NCBI GenBank assembly: GCA_044892505.1
Contig: CM097882.1
Location: 365,118,001-365,170,923 of the forward strand
DNA length: 52,923 nt
Source of the DNA: Schmidtea nova
Taxonomy: Eukaryota
Direction of reading: 5' to 3'
Below, one piece after another: positions 46,981 through 52,923 of the stretch. The notes below the pieces were generated by a model that saw only the letters and a list, made by a program, of their open reading frames with translations, was not told the origin of the DNA and searched no databases. The position numbers were made by a program, and so were the translations under genes. Position 1 is the first letter of the stretch. Each line of letters starts with the position of its first letter.

Positions 46981-49332
46981 CTAAGAATAATAATTAAAAT
47001 AAAAAATGGAAGTTTAATATAAGAGTTGACCGCTAAAACTACTTAACTGTCAATACTAAGCTACCAATTTTTTGATTAATAAACAACGACAGCCGATCAG
47101 TCACTGACTACCTGTTTCCTTTACTGAAATAATTTTCAAAGTACTATACGTATATTAATAATAAATGTAAAATAAATTCTCACAAGTACAAACTTTGATT
47201 GTTCTGCGGATGAATGTCAAAAGTCTGTTAAAATTTATAACAATATCTACGATAGGACCATATAGGCCAAAGCATTTCAAAATTATTTCCATAATATTTA
47301 CTCTTGATTAATACCTCTAAAATAATATATCTTCTTTTAAATTCCGTCGTTATTTTCCATAATAAATATCCCTTTAACCCTACACTCAAATGTTTATATT
47401 TCCTGCTCGAAGCTAAAAGCCAAATTGATGAATTTGCCTTTATTTTAAATTTCTAAAGTTTTCCTGATTAATGACTTTCGACAGAACTAATAATTATATT
47501 AACAATTCGCATACAGTCAGATTTTTACGATTTCCTTCGTACACTAAAGCAATGAATTATTCTTTTTATTTCTTTTATTTTTCACTACTATTTATCATTC
47601 TGTTTCCTAGCTTTTGTTTACTTGCCCACTTGTTTAGTTATCGGACTTTTTTTCTTATTAATTAATTAATTAATTGTCAATTTTCTCTTTATTCTGACGC
47701 TGTTCTTTTTAATGCTCTTCCAAAAACTTTGATAATTGTATTAGGGATTGGGCTTCGGCCTTAAATATAAAAGAATTAAAAATTAGTTAAAATAGAAATA
47801 TTACAAAAATAGAAATAAATAATTACTTAATATAGATTTCAAAATAACCCAACGAAGAATCAATTACTAAAAATAGATGCTGGGCTATCTTTGGTAATTA
47901 GAATTATCTTTAAAACTAAATATAGTAATTATTTTAGTACTAATAATATAAATAAGATTTTGATTTTAATATAAAATCCTGGGAAAAACTCAGTAGAAGG
48001 GACAATAATACAGAGGAAGCACGGAAATAATTTTTCCTTTGAGAAACATTAAGTGAATCAATAGTAAAAAGTACTTGTGAAATTGTTGAGCTATTTAGAA
48101 AAAAATTTGGAAACAGATGTTTGAAGTATTTTTACTTTGAAATCAATATTTTTCAACAAAAAACTTGAGTTAAGTTTGGAATGAACTAAAACTCAAATTC
48201 ACCTTGAATTTCTGATTACTATAAAAATCAAACAAAGTACATTATTCAGAGAATGAAAAGAAAATTAGAAAAATCGAGAACGCTTTATATTTGAGAAAAG
48301 TAATTTTATTATTTTATAAATTCAAAGTAAATCGAAGGGGATATTTTTAGTGAAAAATAAATCACTATCCGTTTTAGTTTTTTTAATAAAGCTAATACAG
48401 AGTATGGTTCTGTACTTCAGTATTCTCTGTGCGCACCAAAACCATTCCATCTAGCTTAATCATTTTCTGTCAAGTTATTTGAGCGATCGTTGTGCTACAT
48501 AAAAGCTAACGATTTCTTGCAGGCTGCAACAAACAACAAGGACTATTAAATCCAGTTCTTGTTTTGCTCTTTCATATACAGTGTAAATTGCTTTTGTAAA
48601 TTTGATTTGAATAAACGGTTTTTGAAAAGGAAAGTTGTTTTTTTTTTTGATATAATAAATAATACACGCAACCACATGAATTATATTAATATTAATATTT
48701 ATTTATATTTATATCTAATTGGAGTCAACTTGTGTCAAGATTAACCACCCCCACTTTTGATCTTAACCATTGCATCGTAATAATTTTTATCCCTTACCAT
48801 TTTTCATAATTTTGCTCAAGTTGTATCTCATCCATTATTATCAATTTCATTCAGAGTTATAATTTTTCTATTTCAATTTTAATTTTTTTAAATCTTTATT
48901 TAATTATTTTGGATCATTTAATTTTACGTAACTTCAGCAATATCAATTTCTTTAGAATATCTGTGTTAAGATAAAATAAAATTTTTCTTATTTTATATTT
49001 CCAATTTGTTTAATAATAAAGTTATAGTAAAATCTTGAAAATAATTTAACATTATTTTTATGAATTTACGTATATAATAACTTTTTAATTTTTAAGCAAT
49101 GATTGGTACAATTGTACTTACAAAATGACGTCAATAAAATATGGAAATATTTTCACCCATATTACCAAATTCCACAAATAATTTCCATTTTTGTCAAAAT
49201 CTATTTTTGGAGGATAAAAATTTTTTCTTTAAAAACAATTCAGTGATTCATTTTTCACGTCAATGCTTTTCATTAAAATATTCCTTTATGCTTTTAACTC
49301 ATAAACATGAAATCATGTCGGCGGAAAAAAAT

Positions 49333-49396
49333 TTGAAAGTATTGAAAGTATTGAAAGTATTGGTAAGTATTGGTAAGTAATGGTAAGTAATGGTAA
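49333..49396. repeat. Graded minisatellite (ttgaaagta x3, then 10-bp ttggtaagta/atggtaagta units)
   Basis: Direct reading. Confidence 0.85.
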
Positions 49397-50424
49397 CACA
49401 GACTTTGAAAACTCTCAGTTTTCGTATTAAAAAATAAATTAAAATTAAAATTAATTAATTAATTAATTAATTAATCACATTTAAGAACGATCGTTGTGTC
49501 CGGAAAAATTAATTTATAATTTAGCTATAAAGAGATTCAAGGAAACTTTCTCTTACATACATTTACGAAAACCAAACAATTTAACAAACAACAGAACGTG
49601 AAATCACTATACCTATATACTTTTAAAAACGTATATTTACAGGTGTAAATACTAAAGAGTTAACTAATTTTGATTACCTACTTTTGGATTAACTACAGGA
49701 TTTGATAAAAAATAATCTGAGTTCTAATAGTCAGATCATCTGATTCAGATGTATTTATATTTTATAATAATTTTATTTAAATAATTATTAGAAAAATTAA
49801 AAATAAATACTTCCAATACTGTTCCGCTGCTACTTCATATTCAATACATTTTGGATTATTTTCTGTTGAACAATTTAAATTGGTTTCTGAAAAGTCATAT
49901 GTTTGACTAATAAAAATATTTCTGTTTGAATAATATTAAAATTTATTTTAAAAATAGTCAAATCATTTTATAATTTTAATTTTGAGTTAAATAAATTGAA
50001 ATTTTACATTCGCAAATATTTGAATAAATGAAATGATATACTTTGTTAATATCATTTACATCGGTGTTTTGCAAGCTGTTTTTATAGATAGCTTTTAATC
50101 TTTAAGAATAGTGGGGGTATGTAAGAAAATTTTATTGTTTATTTACATATGATTACAAATAAACACATTTTTCTAATATCTGGATATGGAAAATTAAAAA
50201 AAGTTTATTCATTTTTATAATTGAAAGTAATTATATATTAATTATGATTTTAAGGGAGTTAGAGTCGCAAACAAGACCTGCTGATTTTTCAATTTTAAAT
50301 GATCAAGACAATGTTTTAGAAGAAAATGATATGGTTGTACTAGAATAAAAACATTTTTATTAATTAAATTTTTATTTTGAATATTTGTATAATTTTTAAA
50401 AGTTTATTTTTATTCCAAAAATTG

Positions 50425-50518
50425 AAAACCTCCCGAAATTAAGCTCTAAGTGTATTTTTGCCAAATTTTTAAAAAAAATATATTTAAGCCCGGGGCTTAA
50501 TTTCGGGGAAACACGGTA
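50425..50518. mobile_element. Tc1/mariner (pogo/Tc2-like) terminal fragment or mini-MITE
   Basis: Right end reads TA|CCGTGTTTCCCCGAAATTAAG on the minus strand; internal 13-bp inverted pair cccgaaattaagc/gcttaatttcggg. Confidence 0.55.
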
Positions 50519-51172
50519 TAATTAATAATGTAAAATATTCAGTTAATATTGCAACTTTTTTATTGAAAATCTTGCAGCAGTCACGCATATGAATTTTCGT
50601 ATTTTCATTATGTATTATTTCGGCAAAATATTTTACAAATGAATTTTTGTGATATATTAAAGAAATCCGACATGAATTTGTATGCCTCTCCCAATGAAAA
50701 TTGCCGATTTGCACAAATTTAAGGGATTTCAAATAAAATCATATTTTCTTTTGAACGATTCTATAATGAATGAAATTAAAATATTCCTAAAATTAGAATC
50801 AAAAAGAGAATTTTAAAAAACGAATAATAAAAAAACAAGTTAATTGATAAAGAAATAAAATGAAAATCAAGGAAATAGATCTTTATTATTTTGATGAAAT
50901 TAGCAAACTAAAAATTGATTACTTTTAGTTTTGTTCTTTCAGATTATTTATTAAATGTTTTTAATTTAACAAAAACTTGTCTCACTGTCTTTTTAGAGTG
51001 TTTTTTGATAAAGAAAATAAATGAAATCGTAAATAGCAGAAAAACGTGAAAGAATATTAAATATTTTAATTATAAAAAATAATTAGACATTCATTATGAT
51101 ACAATATGATATTTAATTCAATGATTTTCATATTAATAATTTCAAGATTATAGATGAAATTTTATTTTGGTT

Positions 51173-51356
51173 GTTAATTACACAATATTTATGCACAGCC
51201 TTTATCAAGAACATACACATTTGAACGAGTCTGTGTCGAAGTATTATGTACCTAACAACAACAAAAATCTTTGATCTATAGTAATACAATTATTGTTATG
51301 AAAATTATTGATTTAAATAAAAAAAGATCAAATGTGAAACCAAAAGATAATTATGA
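51173..51356. repeat. Penelope 3'-end fold-back repeat, diverged
   Basis: Minus arm cttgataaaggctgtgcataaatattgtg (51181-51209); plus arm ctgtgtcgaagtattatg...ttgatctatagt...aaaaaagatcaaatgtgaaa with a long tail. Confidence 0.75.
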
Positions 51357-52923
51357 TACAATACAGCATATTATGATTATGGGCATTTAAAGTTTTTAGT
51401 AATGAAAGTTGGTAATTTTTAAATTTGGGTTGTGTTTATTAAAAAATCTTCAAAATTCGACTATTCTTAATTGTTTTACTTCATACATACAATTAAGTTC
51501 AGAAATGTCATAATGTACACAGGCATTCAAACTAAACTTATANNNNNNNNNNNNNNNNNNNNNNNNNNNNNNNNNNNNNNNNNNNNNNNNNNNNNNNNNN
51601 NNNNNNNNNNNNNNNNNNNNNNNNNNNNNNNNNNNNNNNNNNNNNNNNNNNNNNNNNNNNNNNNNNNNNNNNNNNNNNNNNNNNNNNNNNNNNNNNNNNN
51701 NNNNNNNNNTCCTAAAAACTTCTCAAATATTGTAAGTTATACATATTTTATGTCAAAAATTGAATGCTTTTACTGTTAGTCGACAAATAGACTTAAATAA
51801 AATTTGACACTTATAATAATGATTAATAACATTTTTATCAAGCGAATATTTGTGTAAATTACTATTGACATGAATAAATAAATCCTTCCAAATCTACTCA
51901 TCTCTGCACATAATTCTTTTTAACCTTAACTTTGTACTTTAAAATTTTTCAAAGGTTTTTGAATTACTTGTGCAATGAAATTTAATTATTAAGAGTTAAT
52001 ATAAGTAAAAGAAAATAATATTCTTTTCCGATCTGAGAACTTTAGAATGAAATGGTCATCATTGCATTGTAAATTAATTTTACTATAAATTATACCTCGT
52101 TTTGAGGTTTTATCAAAACCAAAGATTTTTAGAGCGGAAAAGTGTTGAAATAACCACAACATGAATAAATGATTAGCGAAAACTTGATTTGTTTAGACTT
52201 TTTTTCTTTATAAATATTAATTTATTTTTAGCTTCCTTTAGAGAATTATCAGGGAATATGGAATCATTATCGACAAAAAGTCAAATCACGGATAAAACTA
52301 AGTATAAAATGTGTATTATTAAGTATTAAATGAGCTTATAAGCGCCATGATACACAACGGCAAAATCCGTCAAAATAAGAATTACAATTTATGATTGAGT
52401 TGTTATAAAAGATTAATTTCGTTCCATCTGCTCTTTTTCAAATTTCTTTATTTTCAAAAATGTAGAAAATATAACATATGACATTCAGGGAACAAAATTC
52501 TTAAACGTGCGTGTACGGTAAAATAAATTTATTTTTGTTATGATGTGTATTTGCATAAATGTGAAATAAGGTTTAGCATTAATATGTAAAATCAAGGCTT
52601 TTTTCTGTCGAATGAAGATGAATTTTGACATCATAAAAGGCTTGGATTTCTGTTTCTAATTTTGACATTCATTTGACTAAATTTTTAATTCAAAATGACT
52701 AAATAATTTATAGAAAACGATTTTCATGGGATGTTCTTACTTACAAATTTAAAATTTTGTGAACATAAATATTTATCGCTTTTATTTAGAATGCAATAAT
52801 TAGATCTCATAACAGATTATGTTAGTTATAAAATGATTTTTGTGATTACATAAATGTAATAAAAGAATCATCGAATGAAAATAAAATTAGAACTAAATGT
52901 AACATGATGTTTATTGTAGTTTG

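Noticed and set aside
46981-52923. 5' exons (TM1-3) of the SLC6 gene
   Set aside because: No GLGN/WRFPY/NGG-like exon was found by eye; they probably lie beyond the window or in the 51.5-kb gap.

Overview
Very AT-rich eukaryotic (invertebrate animal-like) genomic scaffold with five N gaps (10794-10923, 13912-14075, 20741-20993, 25426-26085, 51543-51709); the species cannot be determined from the sequence. No prokaryotic operon, CRISPR array, rRNA or tRNA gene was recognised. Host genes: three intronless SLC35B4/YEA4-like nucleotide-sugar transporter paralogues and the 3' six exons of a minus-strand SLC6 transporter (glycine/proline-like). The rest is mostly mobile DNA. There is a pseudogenised Polinton/Maverick (adintovirus-like) virion module at 1-4 kb (integrase with an apparent 44-nt intron, penton, core protein, major capsid, adenain) and a pPolB relic at 14-17 kb. 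A second Polinton relic carries a parvovirus-type PLA2 in frame with an integrase N-terminus (28.3-29.9 kb). A very compact Ty3/Gypsy element (5871-10417) has its gag starting inside the LTR. A young gag-only LTR element lies at 21-25.4 kb, with a related solo LTR at 33.2-34.0 kb. There is also a hAT MITE and several decayed gypsy fragments. The strongest hidden signal is a Penelope-like element (RT + GIY-YIG) present as a 1314-bp inverted duplication. Its 3' end carries a minimal hammerhead-ribozyme-like motif with a U3-A8 core variant. The same ribozyme-plus-tail segment recurs at five other loci in the window, each time as a head-to-head fold-back pair. All alignments and folds were done by eye; none were computed.
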